A stretch of DNA of 64,000 bases from contig NC_043010.1 of NCBI RefSeq assembly GCF_006345805.1, forward strand, positions 54,746,001 through 54,810,000, given 5' to 3'. The stretch comes from Octopus sinensis. Taxonomy: Eukaryota. A model generated the notes under the pieces. The model did no database searches. It was not told where the DNA came from and saw nothing but the letters and a program-made list of their open reading frames with translations. The translations under genes and the position numbers were made by a program. Shown one piece after another: positions 25,614 to 39,093 of the stretch (its first letter is position 1; each line of letters starts with the position of its first letter).

Positions 25614-25920
25614 TCACGTGATCACGTGACCGACCAGACCATCAGATGTTGTTACACATCGCTGGTCACAATGCGTTCGCATTGTTTTAGCCTTCGAATG
25701 ACGCCACCCCGCTGGCTAAGCGAGCATGCCAACAGAAGAAAGGGTGGGAGAAAGAGTGGTGAAAGAGTATACAGTACGGATCACCACCCCCTGCCGGAGC
25801 CTCGTGGAGCTTTTAAGTGTTTTCGCTCAATAAACACACACAACGCCCGGTCTGGGAATCGAAACCGCGATCCTGCGACCGCGAGTCCGCTGCCGTAACC
25901 ACTAGGCCATTGCGCCTCCA
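25614..25920 (-). mobile_element. SINE-A2, full length
   Basis: Inverted homolog of 11811-12137; TSD ATTATAGATAAT on both sides. Confidence 0.9.
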
Positions 25921-26898
25921 TTATAGATAATAGTAATTACTATTATTGTTTAGTATCATTTACGCTGTTGAGATTGCAAAATCATTAGTAGGTCCACCAA
26001 AATGTTTAGCAGCGTTCTTTTCGGTTCTCTAGCACTATCATGTCAAATTCGATTTTACATGGTCTTGTATCAAAATTAGAAACGAATATTAATTATAATA
26101 ACATATGAAAATACTATAAAATATACATGTGTACAGCTGCATATATTATAGAATATTGGTAACACTAGTAGTGAGACAAGGAAAATCAATTTACAGTGCT
26201 ACCAATAATACATTAATCACCATATTTTCATATATATATAAGTATACATACATACATATACATACACATACAGAGACGCATACACACATACATATGTTTA
26301 AGGCGAAAATTAATACCATTTGGTTGCTTTCTGCATTATTAAGTAATTAAATCAATTTGAATAAATCAACAACAGCAAATCACTATTTATGCAAATCGAA
26401 CTAATTGGTTGAGCAAACGTACCACATTTAGCGTCTTTATGGCGACATATTTCTTCCATTAGTAGAACGAATGTTATTCTATGCCAGATGAGAATCAAAT
26501 GAAATTGAAATCACTCAAGTAAGACCATATCCTATGTCCATGCATTTGAAAGAAAATTATGCATGCTTACAATTGTAATAATGATAATAACAACAACAAC
26601 AAAACACAGAGAAGCGCTCCTGTTGTTTTAGAAAACGATGTTTATCTTTTGGCACACGGCAGATATCATAATAAACGGAAGCTTTCCTATTGTTGGGGGA
26701 GGGGAGGGAGTAATATTAATATTCAATAATTTTTTCTGTTTATTTTTCTCTCTTTCTCTAGGAATTTTTACAGACATAAACACTTATATAAATGCACACA
26801 CACACATATATTCATGCATACATACATACATACATGCAGACGTGTGTATGTGTTTGTATGTGTGTATGTTTACGTATATATATCCATGATATTTTATA

Positions 26899-27308
26899 GG
26901 TGCAGGAGTGACTGTGTGGTAAGTAGCTTGCTTACCAACCACATGGTTCCGGATTCAGTCCCACCGCGTGTCACATTGGGCAAGTGTCTGCTGCTATAGC
27001 CTCGGGCCGACCAAAGTCTTGTGAGTGGATTTGGTAGACGGACAGTGAAAAAAGCCCATCGTATATACGTTAATATGTATGTGTATATGTAAGTGTGTGT
27101 ATATTTGTGTCTGTGTTTGTCCCCCAGCTATGACAACTGATGCTGGTGTGTTTACGTACCCGTTACTTACATTCAAAGGCAAAAGTGACCGATAGAATAA
27201 GTACTAGGCTTACAAAGAATAAGTCTTGGGGCCGATTTCCTCGATTAAAAGCCGGTGCTCCAGCATGGCCGCAGTGAAATGACTGAAACAAGTAAAAGAG
27301 TAAAAGAG
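26899..27308 (+). mobile_element. SINE-B, full length
   Basis: Matches the SINE-B consensus. Confidence 0.9.
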
Positions 27309-28262
27309 TAAGGAAGCAAGGAAAAATGTAGCGAACAGAAGAAGGCGAGAGAGTAAAGCAGCGATAAAGAGAGAAGAAAAAGCGACTAATACTGAGGAGA
27401 AAAAGAAGGAGAAACAATTCAGTAAAACAGATCAGTGTCCAGCAGTCATATAAAGAGATGGAGTATGTTTATATGGTTGCACAGAAAGAAAGTGATACGA
27501 TTGGCCTTCAACGCACTGATGCATCGCTAACGTACTTTTACACACATGTACAAGCGACCTGACGCACGCTCACGGTCGGACATATTGGTATACATGTAAC
27601 CCTTGAAGCAAACTTCCAAATACACACCATTGTACATGTGTACTACATATAATTATATTATTTCGGCTTAGAATCTCCATCCTTATAATTCTGAGTTAAC
27701 CGCAACTAAACGTAACTGCATTGTTATTGAAATGTTTATTTAATCTGTGTCGAAATGGAGAAATACTTTCGTTTAGGAATAACAAATCCGAAGCTATGCT
27801 GCTGGACAGATTTAGATTATTGCATTGGATGTTTCTAATACTAAAGCTAAAATCGCCCCCTTTTAAGTGTGGTATGATAATAGAGTGAAGCTACTGGGTT
27901 GAAAATTGCCAGTGTAAGGGCAAGCAGGTTATATACAAAATTACGTTATCCATTTTATGTGTCTGAATACATTCTGAGTTGGTTTGGAATGTTTACTAAT
28001 GTAAATGGTTTCGAAGTTGGATTTATGGTATGCGTAAATGCATGTTGGCGAACAAATGTAGTGTTACGTCTAAACACTTTTTTCGTATCTATATTAGGTT
28101 TCACTGGGTTCTTATTGTGAAAATATTTAAATATACAAATCTAAGATTTTTCTCCATTTCAGGTTTCATGCGTTTCAGTAGACGAATCTCTGGACTCTTG
28201 AGTCATATTTCTGTCGATTTTAAATTGATCACTCTGTCGATTTACGACGTCGAGTATTGTGG

Positions 28263-28510
28263 GTCATTCGACTGAACAAGGAGACTGGTCGTAAAATTGA
28301 CGTTCAATCATTTGAACATGCCAAAGATACGCGTGCCTTTCACATAATCCCCAGGGGAAATCTGCCCTTTGAATTACAGGCACACCACACGTTTGCTAGT
28401 TGAGTGAACTGGGGCAACGGGGAAACAGTTTCTTGCTCATAAACACGACGCACTCAAGAAATCGAAATCAAAGTCCGGTCGCCAGTCGAATACGCCTGAC
28501 TACTAAACCG
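28263..28510 (-). mobile_element. Old SINE-D-like copy (CORE-like body, diverged tail)
   Basis: CTGCCCTTTGAATTACAGGCAC...TGAACTGGGGCAAC...TTTCTTGCTCA...ACGACGC parallels 9960-10060. Confidence 0.55.
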
Positions 28511-30000
28511 TCACAGTGATTGCGATGTATTTACCTGACGAAATAACTACAACAACCATTGTTAAATACAATTCTATCGACTGAAAGTGACACAAGTCTT
28601 ATCTTCTTTCCGTTTAAGTGTTCTGCTTTTCCTTTTTTATATACCCTCTGATACTTTCTCGCTTTTTTTTTCCCCTAGAAGATGACCATCTTATACTCTA
28701 AGATATGTTACTAGGCAGAAACTCATACCCAAGACACAAGTGTATGAAAGCCATTGTCTTAAATGCAAATTTTAAGAGAGTTTCACATTAATTTAAAATC
28801 TAAAATTCGATCATTGAAAATTGTATACGCTGTGAAAAACATTTAGATATAGAAAAAATACAATATAGAAGAGAACCAAAATTAAATTACACTCTAATTT
28901 TTAAGTTCAAACACGGCAGAATTCATTCAGGAATTAGGGAAAAAGACTTTAAAATGTTGGAGTAGAAGAGAAAAGAGGTTGAATATAAGTGAGAAAGTGG
29001 GGATGGAATCAATAAAAAAATAAAGAGGCATGTTCTCTATCTGAACGATTCGATTCTTGATGCAAGTATATTAAAATAAAAAAGAATATCCATAAATACA
29101 TGCATATGATCGTCGTTTACCGTCCATTTTCGAAGCTGGGATGGTGTCTACGATTGAATGTCTTATCTAACGCCAACTGCTTAACTATGAGGTTTTACGT
29201 GCAACAACGCAAGCAAAATCACCAAGTAACTTGCAAGGCGCAGAATCTTCATATAAGATGGGGGGGTGTTATTGCAGGAGTTGGTTTTGTGTCAGGCGAT
29301 AAATTGCTAAACGGGGTGGGTTGGGGGTAGGGCAGAAATGGTTCACATTCTGTAGATGAGATACTTGGCGAACTCAGTCGGAGAAAGATCGTGAGAAGAT
29401 TCTAGTGGAGATGTGCCAGTGCTTTTCACAAATGTACGAGAAGCTGAATGCAAGCTGGGTGGTACAGAAAACAGGGTTAGTGAGTAGGGGTTCACGAAAG
29501 AGAAATAGGAGAGCGAGGGAAATGAGAAGCGAAGGAAGAGGCAATGAATGGTGAACATGGGAATAAAGGGGAACAGAAGGTTAGCAATGATACAATTGTC
29601 AGGGAAGGACAGGAGATATAGATGACAAAACTGCTTGGGCTGCAGAGAATGAGGGAGAAACAAGCGTAGTGCACGATGTTTTGTAGCTTAGTTCATTAAT
29701 ATGGGATGGGGAATGTGGGTAACATGTTGGTAGAGTACCCACATTTCTCAGCGCTTCCAGTACTCAGTTTCCTTGATGTAGGCGGGTTTTCTCATGAATC
29801 AAAAACCGCCAGACATATGCTCCGTAAGACCCAACATCTTGAGATTGCCCCCACAACGGCATCCCTCGACTCCTTCTGTCTCCCACTCCCGTCTGTGTTG
29901 TCCATTTTAACCGCTCACCATTTGTATATGCATCTCACGCCCCAAAGGAAAAATGTTAGATTTCTTTTTACTACTACCGTATATGTTCAACCCTATATGT

Positions 30001-31325
30001 GTCGGCACTCACTTTGATCCCTGTCGGCACCCCTCTTTGATCTTTGTCGGCACCCTCTTTGATCTATGTCGGCACCCCTCTTTGATCTCTGTCGGCAACC
30101 TCTTTGATCTTTGTCGGCACCCTCTTTGATCTATGTCGGCACCCCTCTTTGATCTTTGTCGACACCCTCTTTGATCTATGTCGGCACCCCTCTTTGATCT
30201 CTGTCGGCAACCTCTTTGATCTTTGTCAGCACCCTCGTTGATCTATGTCGGCACCCCTCTTTGATCTTTGTCAGCACCCTCTTTGATCTATGTCGGCACC
30301 CCTCTTTGATCTCTGTCGGAAAACTCTTTGATCTCTGTCGGGAACCTCTTTGATCTTTGTCGGCACCCTCTTTGATCTATGTCGATACCCCTCTTTGATC
30401 TCTGTCGGCACCCTCTTTGATCTATGTCGGCACCCCTCTTTGATCTCTGTCGGCAACCTCTTTGATCTATGTCGGCACCCCTCTTTGATCTCTGTCGGCA
30501 AACTCTTTGATCTCTGTCGGCACCCCTCTGATCTTTGTCGGCACCCTTTTGATCTCTGTCGGTACCCTCTTTGATCTCTGTCGGCACCCCCTTTGATCTC
30601 TGTCGGCACCCCCTTTCATCTATGTCGACACCCCTCTTTGATCTATGTCGACACCCCTCTTTGATCTCTGTCGGCAAACCCTTTGATCGATGTCGGCACC
30701 CCTCTTTGACCTATGTCGGCACCCACTTTGATCGATGTCGACACCCCCTTTGATCTCTGTCGACACCCCTCTTTGATCTCTGTCGGCACCCCCTTTGATC
30801 TATGTCGACACCCCTCTTTGATCTCTGTCGGCACCCCTCTTTGATCTATGTCGGCACCCCTCTTTGATCTCTGTCGGCACCCCTCTTTGACCTATGCCGG
30901 CACCCCTCTTTGATCTCTGTCGGCACCCCTCTTTGATCTCTGTCGGCACCCCCTTTGATCTCTATCGGCACCCCTCTTTAATCTCTGTCGGCATCCCCTT
31001 TGATCTATGTCGACACCCCTCTTTGATCTATGTCAGCACCCCTTTGATCTCTTTGGGCACCCCTCTTTGACCTATGTCGGCACCCCTCTTTGACCTCTGC
31101 CGGCACCCCGTTTGATCTCTGTCGGCACCCTTTTTGATCTCTGTCGGCACCCCTTTTTGATCTCTTTCGGCACCCCTTTTGATGTATGTCGGCACCCGTC
31201 TTTGATCTCTGTCGGCACACCCCTTTGATCTCTGTCGACACCCCACTTTGATCTCTCTTGACACCCCCTTTAATCTCTGTCGGCACCCTCTTTCATCTCT
31301 TCTGCGAATCCTCTTTGATCTTTTT
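30001..31325. repeat. 22/23-bp minisatellite GTCGGCACCC(C)TCTTTGATCT(A/C/T)T, roughly 58 units (estimated from length)
   Basis: Direct reading; contiguous units without spacers. Confidence 0.95.
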
Positions 31326-31516
31326 CGGCACAACCGTACCCTTCTTATTGACTCAATTTTTTTCAATTCATACAAGACAGATGCCCAAACGCAAACCTGG
31401 AAATACATACTACTACTGGAAAGCACAGTTTAAATGTGAAAGTGGACGAGCGAGCTTTATACTCTATTCTACTATGTTCTTAACAGAATATACTATAATT
31501 ATATATATACATATAT

Positions 31517-31650
31517 AAGACGCGCTTCTTACGGTTTATGTCAACCAGATATACTCACAAGTCTTTGGTCGGCCCGAGTCTATAGCAGAAGACACTTGCC
31601 GAAGGTGTCCTGCAATATTACTGAACCCAGAACCATGTGGTTGGGAGTAG
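31517..31650 (-). mobile_element. SINE-B 5' half, degenerate
   Basis: CTCACAAGTCTTTGGTCGGCCCGAG...AGAAGACACTTGCC...GAACCCAGAACCATGTGGTTGG. Confidence 0.75.
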
Positions 31651-32891
31651 TATATATTTATATATATCTGTATATACGGCAAGACGTGTGTGTGTGTGTA
31701 CGTGATTGTTGTTTATGCACATCCACAAATTAGCACTCATGTCGCTTAAATTTTAGGAGCACATTCGTCAACATCCTATCTGGGTTTTGTCAACTTATTT
31801 TTCTCCCGAGGCCTCGCGGATAGCGGTAAAAATCTATTTTCAGCCATAGCCTTCTGACGGCGTCTAACAAACAAAAAAAAAGATAAAGAAAAGTGGAAGA
31901 GGAGCACAGAGTTTCACGGGAAAGACAAAGTGAAAGAGGGAGAGAGAGAGAGAGTAAGTGACGATGTTCATAAAATAAAAACTGTTAAATGTTTTGTCTT
32001 TTCTTAAACAGGAGCTATAGTGTTCAAATTCAGGATGTTTTTGAAAGACACTGTATTTTATAATCTTAGTATATATACTTTCTCACACAACAATTACAAT
32101 ATATTTATTTTAAATCATTTATTTATTTTAAATCGTTCATCTTTCTTCCCCCTCTCTCTCACACACATTACTTTGGGTGCGAAAGAGTTTTGTTTTTATT
32201 TTACGCCGAGTAAAAAAGTGTTTTGTTGACAATCCATTTATCTAACAACAAAGAAACACAGAGGTTAGTATCAATTTGTCTGTGAATTGCACAATATAAA
32301 TCGGTACAATTTCCGAGGCTTCCACCACACCCACTCCGTTTCACGGACCACAAAAGTGTTTTGTAGCATAGTTGATTCCACGCAAACAAACGATTATTTT
32401 TCTTAGAGAAAATCGTGCGAGTGTTAATCTACAAATTTAACAAAATTTTTCCATTCATTTCTGTTTATGAACATGCACAAAACATGCATTAGGTGTACGT
32501 ACGTACATGTGTGTTCGTCTCTGTTGCCTATATATATTTATATTATATTATATTATATATGTATAATATATATAATATAACCAATTTCAACGGATTTTGC
32601 CCGAATTTGACGTCGACATTACTTAGTTTGCTTTGAAATAAAGAACTCGATTAGCTTAATAATCGTAACATATTTCCGGGCAAGGCTACTATTTATATAT
32701 ATTATAAATAATATCAAGGTAATAAAAATTTTAGAAATTTTTACTACCAGTGGCCTAACGTGTAGAAAATTAGTCAAAAGTCTATATATTATTCATATAA
32801 ATACAGTGTTCCTTCAAGCGTGCCAGGAATCTTATGATAGATACATCTTATGTGTGTCAATGTAAACTGTATATATATATATATAATATAT

Positions 32892-32942
<51 letters not shown>

Positions 32943-33064
32943 CAACAATTGAGGGCAAAATTAATTAATTATTAATCAATTTCACCAAGTGTTCAGTATG
33001 CAAAGGGACCATTCAAGGCGAATTCAAATTATTACATTATATATTACATTATAAATTTTATATA

Positions 33065-33108
<44 letters not shown>

Positions 33109-33168
33109 GCAGATATATATATATGTATATATATATGTATATGCACTGACACACAAGCACATATATAT

Positions 33169-33372
33169 CTTTTCTACTCTAGGCACAAGGCCCGAAAGTT
33201 TGTGGGAGGGGCCCCAGTCCATTAGATTGAACCCAGTACGCAACTGGAACTTTATTCATCGAACCCAAGTGATGAAAGGCAAAGTCGACCTCGGTGGAAT
33301 TTGAACTCAGAACGGTAAAGACAGATGAAATACCGCTAAGAATTTCCCCGGCGAGCTAACGTTTCACCGCTT
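33169..33372 (-). mobile_element. SINE-C with alternative tail (C2)
   Basis: C head and core; minus tail resembles GGCCCCTCCC...TTTCGGGCCTTGTGCCTAGAGTAGAAAAG. Confidence 0.8.
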
Positions 33373-33466
33373 TACACACACACATATATATAATGCCTGT
33401 ATAATTACATATATGTATGTGTACACCTACGTATATGTAGTATATGCTTAGCGTGCCTATGCATCA

Positions 33467-33507
<41 letters not shown>

Positions 33508-33598
33508 AGAGAGAGAGAGAGACAGAGAGAGAGAAAGGGGAGAAGGCTACCGAGAGAGAGAGATTGGTAATTAGAGAGATAGATAGATGTTTATAATG

Positions 33599-33900
33599 TA
33601 CCTGGTTTTTTTAATAAGTATCCCGACTTATGTCATGGAAACGAAGCTAAAGCATGCAGATTGAAACTGCGTGGCACCGATTGACTTTGAATTCCGCTGT
33701 ACATGCAACCTAATTTTAACATTCTAGCTCACTTCCGCTATTTGCAGCAGAGCTTGGAAGGAAGGTGTGTAGCGTGTCATCATCGCATTGGCTATCACAA
33801 TGAAAGTTAAGCAAAGAATCTGCATCAAATTTTGACAAGAGCTTCGCGAGAGCTTAGAGGCCTACGCGAATAGTCTGAATACTTATTGATCAGCTCCGTA
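33599..33900 (+). mobile_element. Internally deleted mariner (MITE-like)
   Basis: Imperfect TIRs TA-CCTGG...AATAAGTATCCCGACT / AGTCTGAATACTTATT...CCG-TA; internal MKVKQRICIKF resembles the mariner N-terminus (EQRICIKF). Confidence 0.65.
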
Positions 33901-34093
33901 TGTATGCATGGATATATAAATATATATATACATATGCTTAGATAAGTGTGAGTGTACGAATGTTTGTATTTAGGTCGACAGGTTGAAATACTTGTACGAG
34001 TATATATATCAAATGTTAGTTGTAAGAAACAAATAAAAGTTACTTATTACCGAGGGTAAAGTGTAAATATTCATGTTTGTTCCTTCTCGTATA

Positions 34094-34329
34094 GTTCCCC
34101 AACTGGACGAGACGCCGGTCCGTCGCAGGTGAGCTGCAAGATGCAGGAGGAAAGAGTGAGAGAAAGTTGTGGCGAAAGAGTCAGCAGAAGTTCGCCAATA
34201 CCTTCGGTCGGAGCTGCGTGGAGCTTAGGTGTTTCGCTCATAAACACACATCACCCGGTCTCAGATTCGAACCCGTGATCCCTCGACCGCGATGTCTGCT
34301 GCTCTAACCACTTGGCCATGTGCCTCCAC
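34094..34329 (-). mobile_element. SINE-A-related subfamily (A4) with V-SINE-like tail
   Basis: Minus: GGAGGCACATGGCCAAGTGGTTAGAGCAGC...GGGTTCGAATCT...TTTCTCTCACTCTTTCC...CCTGCGACGGACCGGCGTCTCGTCCAG. Confidence 0.8.
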
Positions 34330-34972
34330 GTAAATAGACCTTTTCTTTATTTCTGATATCTTTATTGACTACGACTTATAAAGATGAGTCGCAGCTATCT
34401 TCGCTCATTCTGTTTTTCAGTGAATCCTTTAGAACTTAATAAACCAACTTCAAAATCAAGAACAGAGAATCTGTGAATATGTACTTTAATTCTTTTGTAT
34501 GAACTTCGTCATATTATAAATCATTATATATGCTTTTTGTTTTCTTTAGTAATCATTATCACATCATCTACTCGTGTTATTGTGTGTATATCGACAGTGT
34601 AATTGTATTATTATTGCTTAATCAGTTCTGGTTCATAGACAATCAAAATCAGATAATCATTTTATTTCTATACGTATGAAATTAGATTTCATTTTGTCAC
34701 AATTAAAAATTTTGCCAATTTAATTTTCTGCATTCATAATCTTTGAAACTCTCCGTTTCGATATTTCTTTCACTTTTGCTATAGATTGATCGATCTCTAT
34801 GTATATATGTGTAGCTAGATAAAAACGCTGGCACATATGAGTAATTGTATATGCGTATATAAAAGTGCAAATAGATACAAACACGTACACATGTCTGTAT
34901 GTATACGAACAATCACATCACATACACATAGTATCTCACTTTCTCTCTCTGCCTCTCACTCTCTCTCTGTAC

Positions 34973-35009
<37 letters not shown>

Positions 35010-35012
35010 ACC

Positions 35013-35405
35013 CTCTCTTTTACTTCTTTGGTTCTTTCAGTCATTTGACTGCGGCCATGCTGGAGCACCGCATTCAGTCGAATCAAACTGACCACAGGAC
35101 TTATCCTTTGTAAACCTAGTTCTTACTATATCGGAATCTTTTGCAGAACTTCTAAGTTACGGGGACCTAAACATACCAGCATCGGTCGTCAAGCAATGTT
35201 GGGGGAGGACAAACACAGATACACAACATATACACACAAATACATACATATATATATATATATATATGATTGATTCTAGTTTCAGCTCACGAGCTGTGGC
35301 CATGCTGGGGCACCGCCATTTGGTGTTGCTACTTGGTTTTACTACAGGAATGCTTTTTAGCAACTGCCATTTGGTGCATGAGAGAGTTATATATATATAT
35401 ATTAT

Positions 35406-35454
<49 letters not shown>

Positions 35455-35680
35455 ATATATATTTGGTAGACGTAAACTGAAAGAAGCCCGTCGTATACAT
35501 ATATATATATATATACGACGGGCTTCTTTCAGTTTCCGTCTACCAAATCCACTCACAAGTCATTGTTCGGCCCGAAGCTATAACAGAAGACACTTTCCCA
35601 AGTTGCCACGAAGCGGGAATGAAACTGGAACTATGTGGTCCGGAGGCAAGCTACTTACAACACAGTCACCCCTACGCCTA
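35013..35680 (-). mobile_element. SINE-B split at its internal microsatellite by an insertion and an inverted duplication
   Basis: 3' half 35013-35260, foreign SINE-tail fragment 35273-35330, hairpin 35461-35548, 5' half 35511-35680. Confidence 0.8.
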
Positions 35681-35681
35681 A

Positions 35682-35731
<50 letters not shown>

Positions 35732-35739
35732 AAATATAT

Positions 35740-35781
<42 letters not shown>

Positions 35782-35793
35782 TATATAGATATG

Positions 35794-35860
<67 letters not shown>

Positions 35861-36744
35861 CGTATGCGCGGGTGTATGTATGTGTGTGTAGCTGTGTATG
35901 TGTATCTGTAACATTAGAGGTTTGGCGAAGGAGCGCGATGAAATAAGTTCTGGGGTCCATTTCTTCGAATAAAACCCTTCCAGGCAGTGCTCCAGCACAA
36001 CCGCAATCAAGTACCTGAAACAAGTAAAAGAATAATTGAAGGAAGCAATAAATATACATAATCAGCTCGCTGTCAGCTGCCAAAAGCATAAAATATCAGA
36101 ACATGGAATAGAAAACTATAAATACATTGAGAACGTATGTATATGTAAAAGAGAAAGAAATTTAGACACAGACGGAAGCCAAGAACGAGCAGACAAAACG
36201 TTGAAATTTGACTATAAGATTGCTTATGCACAATCCTTCATTTTTACCAACGTCTGCACTCAGAGACGCGCACATATAATAATGTACATACATAAAAACG
36301 CACACATGGACATATACACTCCTTACATACACATAAGCGCTCACAGAAACACATACAATCACACACATGGATCGACAGAAGTTCGTAAAAAATAAAATGT
36401 AATATATTTTAAAATAATAAATACAGAACAAATTACAAATCTAAAGCAAAAAGTTTCAATTGCTTCACTGCATTCAATTGCCATTTGCATATTTTTTACT
36501 CCATTAAAATTTACGTTTCCATATACCCATTTTTCTGAGAATGTCCATTTAGTGCAAGAAATTATAGTCTAAAATAGAATTCTCATACGCAGGGAATGTA
36601 AGTCAATACAAATATATGTGTGTGTGTGTGTGTGTGTCTACATGCTTGATTTTTTGTATATATAAGTATGAATATATGCATATGCGCCTATGTGTATACA
36701 TATATGAATATAAGTTTATAGATCTATCTGTCTGTATCTATCTA

Positions 36745-36818
<74 letters not shown>

Positions 36819-36828
36819 TATATATATA

Positions 36829-38119
36829 TGTTCTCCTTGTCCTGTCTCTCACTGTTATATATATATTTTTCCACTGTTTATATATATATTTTTTACTGTT
36901 TATATGTTTGTACTGTCGTTACCGTCTTGCTTTTTTTACCCCTCTGCGAAAAGATCTCAGAATTTTAATTGATTTGCTTTTCGCGGGAAGGAAGTTTTCT
37001 TCGAAGTATACGTCTCGCTTTTATCCTTCGAAACGTTTAGTAGATGAAACCTTAGCGACTGAAGAAGGGGATTTTTCGTTGTGCTTATTGTCCTGTATCT
37101 CTCTTTTTTTTGCTTGTCTTGTTCCTTGGTTTGTGTCTATGTGTTTCGTCTCTCTAAGTGTTCGACGTCTTTTTGGTGTCCTGTACACATATATGCTTGT
37201 ATATGTACATGTAGAGGTAGGTACGTACATATATGTTTATATATATGCATATGTTCTATTTTATTAACATACTATACGACTAAACGCACGCACTCTATTA
37301 AGTAAGATTGTTCTGTTTATCAAGTTAGCCTTGATATTAACTCTCACGCGACTCTGCATCTTTCTTTCTTTCTCTCCCATTCCCTTTTTCGTCTTTTTTC
37401 CCTCACTTACTTGTCTCTTCCTCTCTCTCTCATTCTTCATCTCTTCTCCCTTTCACCATTCTTCATGGTCTCCTCGCACCATTCCCCTTCTTCTCTCTCT
37501 TCCTCTTGCTCCTCCTCCCCATTCCCGTCGTCCATCTGCGACGATACTTCCGTCGTAACTGCTATCCTGTCTTTTCTCGCCCGCCTTCTAAGCTACTGGT
37601 CGACACATTTTCTCTCTCTCGTCGTCCACGATAATCCAGCGTTTGCAATACTTTTTTCGTCTGGCGTTAACAGCCCTTCTTATCTTGTTCTCCTTGTCCT
37701 GTCTCTCACTGTTATATTTTATTTTTCCACTGTTTATTATATATTTTTTACTGTTTATATGTTTGTACTGTCGTTACCGTCTTGCTTTTTTTACCCCTCT
37801 GCGAAAAGATCTCAGTATTTTAATTGATTTGCTTTTCGCGGGAAGGAAGTTTTCTTCGAAGTATACGTCTCGCTTTTATCCTTCGAAACGTTTAGTAGAT
37901 GAAACCTTAGCGACTGAAGAAGGGGATTTTTCGTTGTGCTTATTGTCCTGTATCTCTCTTTTTTTGCTTGTCTTGTTCCTTGGTTTGTGTCTATGTGTTT
38001 CGTCTCTCTATGTGTTCGACGTCTTTTTGGTGTCCTGTACACATATATGCGTGTATATGTACATGTAGAGGTAGGTACGTACATATATGTTTATATATAT
38101 GCATATGTTCTATTTTATT
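36829..38119. mobile_element. 1.3-kb non-coding element with ~435-bp direct terminal repeats inside (TA)n
   Basis: 36829-37265 and 37686-38119 are near-identical; 420-bp pyrimidine-rich middle; no real ORF. Confidence 0.7.
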
Positions 38120-38145
38120 CAATATATATATATATATTATATATA

Positions 38146-38205
<60 letters not shown>

Positions 38206-38306
38206 CAATTTAGGACAACTTCTTAATAGGGAAACTTAACAAGAAATTATCGGGTAGATAGCGTGAAAAACCTCATAAAAGAAAACATTTCGAAAATAAT
38301 TCTTTC

Positions 38307-38454
38307 AGGGACAAAATTAGTCATTTCTACCAAAAATTTTACTAATCCCACCGAATGCAATTCTTCAAAGTAAGATTTTTAAATGTCTTACTCTGAAGAA
38401 TTGCATTCGGTGGGATTAGTAAAATTTTTGGTAGAAATGACTAATTTTGTCCCT
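38307..38454. repeat. Near-perfect palindrome, 69-bp arms, 10-nt loop
   Basis: 38307-38375 versus 38386-38454, two mismatches by eye. Confidence 0.95.
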
Positions 38455-39040
38455 CTTAGCGTGTGGCACGTATGTATAATAATGCCCTCTATATATATAT
38501 ATATATATATAATATATATATATATATAATATATTATATATATATATATATATATATACAGGCACATACACGTACACGCCCGCATGCACATATATAAATA
38601 TACATATGTACCTGCAGGAATACATCTCTTCTGTTACTTATCTATTTAACTATCTAGTGTCTTTTCTTCCCCCTCTCTCTCTCACCAAGCTATGTATACA
38701 CACACACACACATATATATATATATACACATACATACATGCATACATACATATATATATATAGATAGATAGATAGATAGATAGATACATACATACATACA
38801 TACATACATACACACACACATATAGATATATAATGTAGGTGGTCCATTAGCAATGGACCACCTAAAGGGAAGTTTATAAACAAGGGTACAAAACAGTACC
38901 AGCATTGCTAGAAACAGGAGTAAAAAACGACTCAATTAGCCACAAAAAGCACCATCTTAATAAGATGACAAAAGAGAGGAAGAAAGAAAGCCCCGTACAT
39001 TAGTGAGACAAGCTCCCAAGTGAGGAAGCAGATATACCCA

Positions 39041-39093
39041 TGTCACATGATTTCGAACTCAGATACATTGCTTCTCAGTTCTCGTCAGTGAGA
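39041..39093 (-). ncRNA. Degenerate hammerhead-like motif
   Basis: Minus: TCTCA-CTGACGA-GAACT...AGTTC-GAAA-TCATG-TGACA; cleavage-site region non-canonical. Confidence 0.35.

Noticed and set aside
30001-31325. CRISPR-like array or coding repeat (GADRDQRG)
   Set aside because: Contiguous units with no unique spacers, no cas genes, eukaryotic context; 22/23-bp units shift frame constantly.
36829-38119. Classical LTR retrotransposon or TRIM
   Set aside because: No tRNA primer-binding site or polypurine tract in either orientation and no 4-6-bp TSD discernible; kept as an unclassified direct-repeat element.
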